A stretch of 64,000 nt of DNA from assembly GCA_026770705.1 (NCBI GenBank), contig JANJGN010000034.1:3596001-3660000 (forward strand), written 5' to 3'. Of the stretch, positions 25,201 through 38,400 are shown in pieces (the stretch's first letter is position 1; each line of letters opens with the position of its first letter). The notes beneath the pieces are model-generated. The model had not been told where the DNA came from, made no database searches, and saw only the letters and a list, made by a program, of their open reading frames with translations. The position numbers and the translations under genes were made by a program. This DNA is from Isurus oxyrinchus (lineage: Eukaryota).

Positions 25201-28200
25201 AATGCCATTTTTTGTGTCACATTCTTGCAAATATTTCCGTACAATATTCTGTACCTTTGCGTTTTGTTTGTTAGCTGAAGGTCAGAATTATGTGCCTTTT
25301 CCCAAATGAGATCCAATAAATGTTCAGAGAGATCATCTAAATTGCCTTGAGTATTTTTATTGTGTTGAAGGAAATCTGAATGATAAAGATTTTGATAAAG
25401 TTGTACTTACACCTTAGAAATGGAAGGCAAGAATAGCAAATCTTCCTTACTCAACAAGATGAACAGTTAAAACACGTTTCCAATTTACATACCTTTCGTT
25501 AGTCCATCTATAATGTCCGCTATGTAAGGAAAACAAGAAACAAAAAATGTTTCGCAGCTGATTATTTCCCGAATAATACAAATAACTAGCTAACTTTGGT
25601 AATCAAAACAAAGGAGAAGAACAAAACCTCATCACTTATAGTATCGAATCGGCTGTTGGTTACATGCTGGGCATTTATTTAGTTCCCTGCTAGTTAATAG
25701 AGCAGAATATCGATGGTCTGTGCGTGCTGAATTAAATTTCTATTGTTTTCACTGCTCACAAAGTAGAATTTCTAGACGATGATTTAGACAGCATCTTCTA
25801 ACATAGTGTTGCCTTTCGAACCTGTTCCCATCTTTCCCGGAACTCTGTCTTTTAATTCCAACAATTGCAGTCAGCATAATGCTAGTAAGAACATCTCCAT
25901 TCACAAATCGTACCCTGTGCGGCTGTGATAAACGTGACGTCTCCAGCTTCATCATTCTTGCCCTGATTAAAACATCTGGCAAGTTTAATTACAACATCCC
26001 TATCCAAAGTCTGCCCACGGTCACCCACATTTTTGAGATGTCAGTTCCCTGATTCTTGTATTTTCGCCCGAATTGGTGGAAGTGAATCAGCTGAAATAAT
26101 TGCACTTTACGATAATGACCATTTATCTCTGTGGTCCGCTAACGATCTCTCCTTGGACACTTCTACTTCATATGCTCTTGCTGCCTTTGGTGACATCATT
26201 TGAAAGCAATATTTTGGATTTCTCTGGTCAGGTACTGACACCATCTCTACCTCATCACCACAGCTCGTGACTTCTCAATGGAAATTTATAAGGACCCTTA
26301 TCCAACACCTAAACTCAATGAGGATATATCTCGACCCATTAAGCCTTTGGAAGAGCAAAGATATTCTCTTTGGTCTATTTTGGAAAAAATACATTTCGCC
26401 AGCATCTGACTCTAAACCTCTCACTTTCCACACTGTGATTCGGAACCATACGACCATTAGTTTATTTTCCAGATACTAAGTTCCTGCATAACCATTGCCT
26501 CTATACCAGTCACAGTCCTCAGATCTCGAAGATGGTCCTCTAACTTCACAACCGCGAAGCTAAGGCCACCTCTTTCTACCTCTGTGCCTTTAAGTAACTC
26601 TTCCACAATTGTATCTCAATTGGTGCTGATCCTCTTGCTCATTTCTTCCTTTCTTTTCACTCTCCTTGATCTGATTTCTCTAACACTGACATCTGGTTTT
26701 TCCAGTTATAATTATATACGTGTGATATCACTTTGTTCCCCGGAAAGGCAGTCCCACTGCTATCATCCGATTCTCCTCTCTATTTGCTGATTAATTCTGT
26801 TTGCAGCTCAACTAAAAAATCAATGTTCAAAAGTAGTGGTTATGTTCAATACTCTCTATGCACACATGTGTAATTGTTGCATTACCGGTGGACATGAGGA
26901 TGGGGTTCTCTGAGAATTACTGCCTCTGAGATCAAGGCAACATTTGATCTGGTGGGTTATCCAGGAGTACAAGCAAAACAATGACAAGCCTGGAGGAAAC
27001 TCGTCTTTTTGGACTGAGGCCTAAGGCAATGGAAGATATTGAATTGGTTGCAGGGCAATAATTTCACTCACAGGATATCTCTGCAGGGGTTCAACATGGT
27101 AATTTCCTCGTATTAATTATCTGCAACTGATTTATCACAACATATCCAGCATCATAAGGGCAAAAAGAGCAGTTGAGAGTTTAGAAGATCTTTGGCCAGC
27201 ACGTTCATGACTTCACTACATAAAGCCTGTCAACAACCAGGAAGGATCAAAGCATTAGTTTGATGGAATAATTGAACCTGCATACAAGCATATGAACAAG
27301 GAACATGAGTAGGCCATTAGGCCTTTCAAGCCTTCAGTAATATCATAGTTGGTCTGATTGCAACTCCCCGCCTAACTCTGATAACGTTGCACCACCTCAC
27401 GAAACTAGCAACTCTGCTTTAAGTTTAATCAACAATGCTGGTTCAACTGCCTTTTCAGGGAAAGAGTCCCAAAGACTCACGGCCCTCTCAGGGAAAACGA
27501 ACACGATTTCCCCACATCTGTGTGTTAAATGAGCGACTTCCTATTGATACGTGACCCATTGTTCTAGGATCTCCCACAAAGTATATGTCCCCTCCACAAA
27601 AACTCTATGAGGGCACTTCAGGCCCTAAAACATGTTTTGATTAAATCATTTCTTACTGTTCTAAATTCCAATCGACATGATCCTATAATTTCTAACATTT
27701 ATTCGCAAAACAAACCCTTACATTTCTGGCAAATCTACTCTAAAATGCTTCTAGCACATTTAAATCTTGCATTACAAAGGCAGAACAATATTGTACGCAA
27801 TGCTCCTGACGTGGTGTCAGACGTACCGTGCACAATTGAAGCATACCGTTCTTAATTTTGGATCCAAGTCCCCTCACAATAATTGATAACAATCTATTAG
27901 CTTTCATAATTACATCTATCTGTAGGTGAGCCTTTTTTAAATTCATGCATTGGGCACGCAGATCCCTCTGAGTCTCAAAGTTGTGCAATTTCGCACCAGT
28001 TAGATCATATGCTTTTTTAAACGTCATGTCTAAATGCACAACTTCACATTATTTTCCGCAGCACACCCCATTTTCCACCACTGTGCCAAGTCGCTTAGCC
28101 GACCTATCTTACTTTGTAGCCTCCTTACAGCCTCTCCCCAATTTACTTTCCCACCTGTTTTTGTATCGTCAAAACATTTAGCAACTGTTGCCCTTTCATC

Positions 28201-31200
28201 CATGGCAATTAAAAAAAATGCAAACAGTTTGGGGTCAGCACTGATCCCTGTGGCATACCGCTCTTTACAGCTCAATCAGAAAGGACTAATTTATGGTAAC
28301 CCTATGTTTCCTGTTAGCTAGCCAATCTTAGATCAGTGCTGCAGCATTGGATATTAGTTTCTTCAATAATGCTTGGTATGTTCTTTTACCAAATGCCTTC
28401 TGGAAAGGTAAGTACAGTACTTCCATTTATCCAAAAGTAGTTAGATTTGCAATGTTTCGAATCCAAAGGACATTTCCTTGAACCCAGGGTAACTTGGAAA
28501 ATGAAATCCAACGCGTCAACAGTTTTACTGGTCAATTATTTCAATATGCAATAGTTTCCTTGTGGAGACGAGGGTGTGTCAGCCTGCAGGTCGAACAATT
28601 TCCTCAATGCCAATTCACTTCTCTGGTGATTGCAATTATGCTCCGTTCCTCCGTCCCTTTCACTCCCTTATTTACAGGTATATTTGGGATATTGCTTGCA
28701 TCTTCCATCGTATAATGCAGTGCAATATTTCTGTTCAATTCATCTGCCAACTCCTTCCTTTCCATTATTCTTTCTCCAGACACACTGTCTATCTGAGCAA
28801 TGAACATTTTATTAACATTTTTCATGTTTAAATATATATATAGAAACGTATTTATTTTCCCAAGTAGCTTTCTCTCGTACTCATTTTTTTTTTACTTCTT
28901 CGTTCCTTGATGTTCTTTCTATCCTATCCAATCATCTCATGTACAACCCATTGTTGTGCAGTTATATATTTTTTTTCTTAACGTTGATACTGTCTTCAAC
29001 ATTTTGTTTTAGTTAATCATGGCTGGCGTTTTGTACCCTTGAAAACATTTCTTTTCATTGTAATGGCACTGTTCTGTGCATTCCTAAATGCTCCTGTAAA
29101 AGACTACCATTGTATTTCTATAGACCTATCCCATAAGTTCATTTTCGAGTTCACGCTAGCTATCTCTGATTCCATGCCCTCATAATTGGCGTTGTTTAAC
29201 TTTAAAATATGCGTACTGACATACTCTTCTCTCCCTCAAAACAAAAGTAAAATCCCTGCATATTACAATTGTTGCTACCTAGCGGTGCCTTCACTATGAC
29301 TTTATCAATTAACCCGAACTCCTTGCACAGTAAAAGGTCTATTATAACATGTTTTCCTATCTGCTGCCGAACATTCTTGCATTAAACAATCCCAACAACA
29401 TTTTATGAACTCCTCATCTCGGCTAACATTGCCCACCTGATTTTTCCAGTCGATTTGAAGACTCACGTCCTCTGTGACTATCTCTGTATTTTCTGATAAG
29501 CTCCCATTATTTGTTATTTTTTTGTATGCCCAACTATGTAATAACAATTGGGGGAGGGCTGAGGGAAGGGGGTGTAAACCACTCACACAAGTGACTTTTT
29601 GCCTTTATTGATGCTCACCTGATCCAAAACTGCTTATACATTATGGTTTGCTCAACTTTGGTCATTGCCCCTATAATTAGATAGTACCACCAGTTGCATG
29701 AAGGTCTGCATCTCCAATAACAATTAAGAAAAATAGCACACCTAGAACAAAGAAGACCGTCTGAATAACCATCACATCCACTACCTTAAACTTTCACTCC
29801 CTCCACCACAAACGCACAGTGTCAGAATTGTGTACCTTAAGGTTGCTGTATCTACACCAAGGGGACTGCAGAGTTTAAGAGATCAGCACACCAGGAATTG
29901 CCAACGGCCGTTAATAGGTGGACAACAAATGCTGACCTAGCCAGCCATGCCCACATTTTGTAAAATAATGAAATTATCGACACTTGGAGCTCTTAAACTC
30001 TCTTTCTCTCTGGACCTCTCTACCACTCTTTTTTATCGTACTTTAAAGGCGTTGCCTGTTACCAGACTTTGACTAATCGTTTCACCACCATTGAATGTTT
30101 AAGCAATTAATAGAAGTCGCAAACAAGTTTCCAGAATTGTTGATTATTTGAGAAAACATATTTCTCCATACATAATTCTGAGATTTAATTCTTTGCTAGG
30201 GTGAAGAAAAAATAGATGTATATTACCAACTTCAATGGTGTGGACAAGCAAATGAGTGAAAATACACAAGCAACTAAATAGACATCTCATATTCATTACC
30301 AAATAAAGGAACATGCTAAAAGATGCCGTGCTAGAGATTTCAAAATTGCCTCGATCCTTCGGTTGAGTGGACACCAAGCTACAGTTTCCTCGTTAGACAA
30401 ATCAAAGGTGCACAACAGCCTTCAACATAGAATACGCAACAACAAATCAATGTTCACTCTTTGACTTACCAGACTTTTTCATCGCTTTGCTGCAATCTGT
30501 GTGTCATGCAAATGGTCATTTCAATAATGATCTTGCATCCATGTTACGTGTTATGAAACTGATACGAGATTTCACCAACTTTGGAATGTTATCCAGGTGC
30601 GTTAAGGGTCTGCCAACCCCTCAAAGGTTGTTCTGCAGTTACAAAAGGCTTTTATGTGTAACCTCAAGGTTTGCTGGTGCAAGTGTGTTTGTTTCAGTTG
30701 TAGTAATGGGAAACAGTTGTATTTCAATTTATTTTTGCAAACTCGTTTATTACTTTCAAACATATCAAGAAATGGGGGAACCACATTCTTCGGAAAAAAA
30801 GTGATGTACTATTGAATGCATCATCATAGATTCAACATCAAAAGCGGTATATTATACTCATTCCATTAGCGGCACCGATCAATATGGAACCCTTGAAGGA
30901 TAATAGACGACCTGTATAATATCATCATAATATGTCACTGCCAACCGTGAATCTATATGAACAGAATACTAAGGGATGCCAGGAAACATGCCGTTTTCAT
31001 GTTCTCAATGTCCTCCACAAACGAGAAAAGCAATCAATGTCATAACGTATTAAAACCGCTTCTCACTCTGAGCCATTCTGAGAGTGTGCCGGAGCGTTCG
31101 ACTCTATCTCAATGCCTAAGAAAAAGTTTTGGTAGCATGTCAATTAAATGGGGTGGTATTTTGATGTCTAACTATATTTAGCAGACCTGTTCATGTGAAA

Positions 31201-34200
31201 GGGAATTGAACACCATCTCAGAATCAGAAAAGCAATTAAATATTGGTTATTGATGTTGTTGGAATCTGTACACAGCCATCACTTACATCAGAGTGTCCAA
31301 AGTGTCGCCAATTAGTGGATTAGGCTCCAGGAGCTGAATGGCTCTCTATGGTTCCCAGTTTGCATGTTCGAATTGTCTCATGAAAGTTAATTTACCACAT
31401 CTGATTTCTGTGCACAAATCTAGTCATCTTATTATGCAAATGTTACAGAGAGACTGGCGATGATCAGACCATGTTTGAATCGGTGGCTTCCCGAACTTGG
31501 GCTTATATGTGTCCAGATAAAAAGACCAATTTCGGTCCCATTACTCGTGAAACAGAACAAAAGAAAACGAAAATATCAGTACCTATTAAGATCTTCAAAA
31601 CAAAGAATGGCTTTGATCGACTGATCATTGAGCCTGTTTTTACTTTTGGGACTGAACAAACCCAGCGACCACCGATATTAAAGCCAGCAGGAAGGAATCT
31701 AAGGGCTTCAAAGGAAAAAAAAGGACCAAGAGGTTGACGAGGATTTGAAATATACTGGCTCGGGGGGCAAATGAAGCCAATGCAATAGCTTCAAATTGCT
31801 ATTAGATGATTTGTGGGCATGGACGACTTCAGTTTCTGAGAAGTCACGAATGTTGCTAAACATTATGCAATCATCAGCGAACATCCCAACTTTTCACGAT
31901 GTGATGAAAGTAAGGTCATTGTTGAAGCAGCAGAACTGGTTGGTCCGAGAACATTACATTGTGGAATGCCTGCAGTAATGTCCTGGAGCTGAGATGACTG
32001 ACCTCAAGCAGCCACAACCATCTTTCTTTGTGCGAGATATGAAAGCAACGAGTGCAGATTTTCCCCCTGATTCCCAATGACTCCAGTTTTGCTATGACTC
32101 CTTGATGCCACAATGAGCCAAATGCGGCCTTGATTTCAAAGACAGTCACTGTCACAACACCACAAGAGTTTAGCTCTTTTGTTTTTGTTTGAACCAAAGC
32201 TTTATTTATGTCAGGAGCTGAATGGCCCTACTGGAAACCAAACAGGGCGCGTTTGAGCTAGTCATTGCTGAGCAAGGGTAGTTTGATTGAACCGTTAGTG
32301 ATCCCTTCCATTACTTTAATGATGATCGAGTATAGACTGATGGTGTAATAATTGTTGGAGTTGCATTTTCCTACAGTTTGTTTTTGGGAAATTCTTGGAT
32401 AATTTCCCAGGTGGCCAGGTAGATGCCAGCGTTGTAGCTGCACTGGAGCAGTTTGGATAGTAGTACAAGTTCTGCAGCACGGGTATTCAGTAGTATTTCC
32501 AAAGTATTTCAAGGGCCGATACACATTCTGCTACCCAGTGCCTCAGCTGTTTTTTTGCTATCACGTAGTGTGAATCAAATTGGCTTCAGTCTGGCATCTC
32601 TGATGATGGGGCCAACGGAGGACGCCGAGATTGCGCCTTTACCTTCTACTTCTGGCTGAAGATTGTAGCAAATGCGTCAGCCTTTTATTTTACACAAATG
32701 TGGTGATCACCAACATCATTAGTGATGTGGATATTTATGCAGCCTGTTCCACCAGTGAGTTGCTGAGTTGTCCATCAACAGAAGCCTGAATGTTATCCAT
32801 ATTTTGATGAATATTGGCAGGGGTAGCTTTTGTCTGTGAGGGTTTATGAATGAAACAAAACACTGTGTAATCATTAGCGAGCATGCCCAAGCTTGAAAGT
32901 ATCATGTTTGAAAAGTAATTGATGGACTGCTGAAGATGGTTGAGTCATAGAAGCGATGTCAATTATCTCCTGTAATAAAATGTTGAGGCTGACACGATTA
33001 GGCTCCAATAATAGCAACTATAGCACACTACACTAAGTAAGAACCCAGATAGTAAAATATTGCTCATGATTCTCGTTAACTTCAATTTTGTATGTGCTCC
33101 ATGATGCCACTGTTGGCCTAATGCTGCTGATTTAATGTCACTGCAGGCCACAATCTAACTATCTCTTGAGTGCAGCTCCTTTGTGCACGTTTTCACAATG
33201 GTTTAATGAGCTAAATCTTGATTGTCTTTGGTAGAATCCAATCTGAGTGCGGGTGAGCAACGTCTGATGTGAAAACATGGATTGAAGCCACTATAGATGT
33301 TGTGTTCCATAGCCTTAACTGGGTTTACCAAGCAGTTTTGGCCATGAAGTATCTGAAAAGAATTTCCACTGTAAGAACAGATGGATGGCTGTGCTGAATC
33401 TGTGCATCTGCACTTTGTTCAGGAGCACGATAACTTCTGGGCCTCAGCCGTTGTGTAATCAGAGCCAATTGTAATGTCTCTATCCAGCGCCTTTATGCAG
33501 TCTTTGACGCCAATTCGAGTGAATCGAATAGGCTGATGCCTGGATTTGTGATGCGACCTACAGTAGGAAGAGCTGAATACCGATCGTCAGAAAGGCACTT
33601 CTGACTTGAAACCTGTTGCAGGTATTTAAGCCTTGTCGTTTTCACCAATGTGATGGGTTTGCCCCATCATGGTGGGTGTTTGTGGTTCCTACCCTGGTTC
33701 CTTATTCTTCTTTTTATTTTATTTCTAGTTTAATCGTGCACCATCATTCTCGACCAGATGTTGCAGAGCTGCAAGACGTTCGTATGACAGAATTGGAATG
33801 TAGTTACTGAAAGTTTTCAAGGTATTATTATGCAGAATATGAGATATCCTCTTCAGTGTGTCATTCTATCTGAAAAAGTACTGCATTTCCAATCGAACCA
33901 GTGTGAAACATTGTCAGCAATTACCTTTCTCTTTTTGTTTCAAGTTTTCCGCTGAGAATGAGATGCACACTATATCAATAAGATGTTGGAACTTATTACA
34001 CTTAGCATGGCATCAATTATTCCAAATGCATAGCTTTTGGGCTAATTTGCCTGCACAAGGATATATTTAATACCGTGCATGAAAAAAAATAAGACCAAGG
34101 AAAGTGTGCATTGATAACAGTGCATTTAAATTGGGAATATAAACTGATGAAATTAAAAGTGCTATATATCCGGCGAAAGGGCACACAATCACAATGGGAT

Positions 34201-35369
34201 GCCAATGATATTGGAAGCAATTTTTTTTTATGAGAGGCATTTATTCCGAATAATAATAAGATATTGATGTTGCAAAACTGAGAGAAGAAATTCCATAGAA
34301 AACTGCATATACAGATAAAGACAGCACAGTTATGACTTTGACGAAGGACGAGCGGAATGAGCAAGAGCTCTGAACGTATGCAACACCTTAAATGTGGAAT
34401 TTTCTGGCCCTACAGTTAATGAACTAGATGCAAATATTGACAGATTTTGAAAATCGGGAGAAATACATTAAAAATAAATATCGGAAATGTTGCCAAAAGA
34501 GTAGGCAATGAAAGTCAATGTACAGAAGACGTAAACCCAGTGGATACACGTGTTTTATGAGCAATGATTTCCATCCGGTGAACTAGAAGGAACAAATAGG
34601 ATGGTAGTCCAGCGAAGCAGAGATTGGGATTTTCAAAGGGAAGCATGAGGAGTAAGTCCGGTTTCTTCTGTAGCAATGTACACAATTATGAAAGAAAGAA
34701 CTATCGCAATCTTGACCATTGTTCCAAGCTTTTGTAATGCAGATCAGGAAGCATTTGAGCGAATAATCATAGATCTTCTTTAATGGTCAATATTCTTAGA
34801 GACGCCCCGAAATATTTATCCACAACCTGACCACGAAAAGTTTTTGTTCAAATTAGAAGACAAAATGAGTTTCTCAGTTGATCTACTGATCTACCTACCA
34901 TGTAAATTCGTATCTATATTCCTATATATGTACATAAGTATCTATTTATTCATCTATCTATCTATCTATCTATCTACCTATCTATCTTTCCATATAGCTA
35001 TNNNNNNNNNNNNNNNNNNNNNNNNNNNNNNNNNNNNNNNNNNNNNNNNNNNNNNNNNNNNNNNNNNNNNNNNNNNNNNNNNNNNNNNNNNNNNNNNNNN
35101 NNNNNNNNNNNNNNNNNNNNNNNNNNNNNNNNNNNNNNNNNNNNNNNNTCTAAAACAACATTTCAAGTCCAATAAAAACAAAGAAAACTGCGGATGCTGG
35201 AAATCCAAAACAAAAACAGAATTACCTGGAAAAACTCAGCAAGTCTGGCAGCATCGGCGGAGAAGAAAAGAGTTGACGTTTCGAGTCCTCATGACCCTTC
35301 GACAGAACTTGATTTCGAGTCCAAGAAAGAGTTGAAATATCAGCTGGTTTAAGGTGTGTGTGCGTGTGT

Positions 35370-35400
<31 letters not shown>

Positions 35401-38400
35401 GGGGGGGAGGCAGAGAGATAGAGAGAGAGAGAGGTGGTTGTGTAGACAAACAAGCAGTGATAGAAGCAGATCATCAAAAGATGTCAGCGACAATGGTACA
35501 AAAGAAAAAATAGGTGTTAAAGTTAAAGTTGGTGATATTATCGAAACGAATTTGCTAATTAAGAATGGATGGTAGGGCACTCAAGGTACAGCTCTAGTGG
35601 GGGTGGGGGAGCATAAAAGATTTTAAAATATTTAAAAATCATGGAAATAGGTGGGAAAGAAAAGTCTATAAAATTTATAGGGAAAAAAAAGGAGAAAGGG
35701 GGAAACAGAAAGGGGGTGGGGATGGGGGAGGGAGCTCACGACCTAAAGTTGTTAAATTCAATATTCAGACCGGACGGCTGTAAGGTGCCTAGTTGGAAGA
35801 TGAGGTATTGTTCCTTCAGTTTGCGTTGGTCTTCACTGGAACAATGCAGTAAGCCAAGGACAGACATGTGGGCAAGAGACCAGGGTGGAGTGTTAAAATG
35901 GCAAGCGACAGGGAGGTTTGGGTCATTCTTGCGGACAGACCGCAGGTGTTCTGCAAAGCGGTCGCCCAGTTTACGTTTGGTCTCTCCAATGTAGAGGAGA
36001 CCACATTGGGAGCAACGAATGCAGTAGACTAAGTTGGGGGAAATGCAAGTGAAATGCTGCTTCACTTGAAAGGAGTGTTTGGGCCCTTGGACGGTGAGGA
36101 GAGAGGAAGTGAAAGGGCAGGTGTTACATCTTTTGCGTGGGCATGGGGTGGTGCCATAGGAGGGGGTTGAGGAGTAGGGGGTGATGGAGGAGTGGACCAG
36201 GGTGTCCTTCAGGGTGTAATTCAAGTCGAATTACTGCACACAATTAACCACTCAATTTATTTTGCTTTTCTTTATTTTTCTTCAATTACTTATCCAATTC
36301 CTTTGTGACTGCCATAACTGATTAGGCTCTCACCTCGTTCTTAAAGTGCACTATTCGCTCGCTTATTTCTTATTCTCCAATAACTTCTTTGTCATGCCAG
36401 CAGTAGCTCTTTTGATATTCAACCGATATTGGCATCCACTTTTTCTGGGTGTATCAGAAAATGTTGGCATCTCTACCTACTTGGTCTGGAATTGGTACGA
36501 TTTTCAGCATCGCTATCCAAACACACTTCGACCTTGTCCACTTCTCGTAGCGTACACCGGTTTCAACACCCTCCCCACATAAGGAAAATCGCGCATTCAG
36601 AATGAATTCCACTTGACTATTTTTTGGTACTTCACTGCAGTGTTCACCTTCTTCCTAAAGTCTAGTTCCCAAAAGTAGATAGAATACGCCAGTTGATTGC
36701 TGAATTAGATTTTCTAAAAGAAGATGTTAAGTTCCTTGTTTGCTTTCTTATTCGATTCCTACACTGATAGGTCCAACGATTCTTCCTTCCATGTCATTAA
36801 CAGCATGGTCTGTTACCGTTAACGATTTGTGTGCAGAACAAACGCTTCTGCTGTTTTTCTCTCCGAATAATTTACCTGATTATGCATCTCCTCAAACTCG
36901 CTGCAAAAAAACTTTCATTTCATACCAAATTTGCACGATGTTTCATCTGCCATTTTTATCTAGCCAACCAGCATTCTGATGCAAACCCAATATCCTCCTC
37001 ATAGTTTAAACAATTCCAGGTTTTGATTAATCTGCATTTTGTTGAAACTGTGTCACTTGCACGTCATAATATCAATAAAAACAATATTACTACTTCCTTC
37101 CACCAAAGATTAATACGCATTCACTTCCAGATATCATTCCCTGTTACTCAGCCATCCTCAGAAGCACGCTGCCACTGACCAGTTTTTTCCCAGGAATGCG
37201 CATATAGCATATGCACCTCATCTTGTTTTTGTATCCAGATGCAGTAATAGGATGTGGTGCACTAATGTAAATAAATGCTGTTAATATCAATACATCAAAT
37301 ATAAAAGTAAAACCAGTGTTCTTCTGGCTAATTCATTCGCATGTGGTTTGGAATGCGAGACTAGTTATGCTAAAGTTGTATCGCACACCTGCAATATCCA
37401 GATTTTTCTTCAAGTTTGCTAAATCTGTTATTAAAACAAAATACAGTGTCCCATTAGTGACAAATAACTGCAAAACGAGTGCATTCAACGAGGGACTCTT
37501 TTAATAATTTTTTTTGGTTGTTGTCTGGAATAATTTAGTGTACATTCAACAGAGTGGCCAATGCCTGAGGAATAGCGAGTACTTCATTGCTGGAGTTAAG
37601 ATTAAAGTTTAAACAAAACTGAATAGGAAGATCCCATTGCCTGAAGAAAACAGAAGAAATAAACAAAATGTAAAAAAGGAGGCTTTTGAAAAAAATTACA
37701 TTTTCCATGAATTTCCAAATGAATTGCTCATTCTTTGAACACGATCAATTGTAATAACTTGCAGTTCTCATTGTTTCATGACAGATGGTGTCATCAGCTG
37801 AGCTTTAATATGTACAGGCATTGGGTGGGCAATTCGGTGTTTGATTGGCCAGTGATATTATTGCACATGTGATTAAATGTTATCAATTTTGCTCATCAAT
37901 TCACTCTGCTGATCCATACTCCATACATACTGCTGTTAACTAACAAAGTCAAAAATTTTTCTTCTTCCCTTTTTACGTTTACATCTTCTTCCAATATTCG
38001 TTTCCATTAACTGATGTGCAATTGCTAACTTAGAGCATTCAGCATGGAAGCGTTTGAGCTCATCCTGTGCAAGTCTTTTATGTCATGCAATAATTAGTTA
38101 CAACCACACGATTCACTCTGCACATGTCGAACTGGGTTATGTTCAGGAAAATTTCTATTTTTATTTCTAAAAGTCAACATCAGCTTCTTAACAGGCAATT
38201 TTGTACGCTGATCTTAGAGGTTACACATGACAGTAGGTTGAAATTGTAACGCTGTGATTGCACGACTAAACCAAAAATTCTTGAACGATGATCCAGAATA
38301 TGAGCTCAAATCTCAAAATGGCTGCAGAAAATTTAAAATGCATGAATTAGTTAAATCTAGATTAAAATTAATGTTTCATTTCCAGGCACTGGAGACCAGG

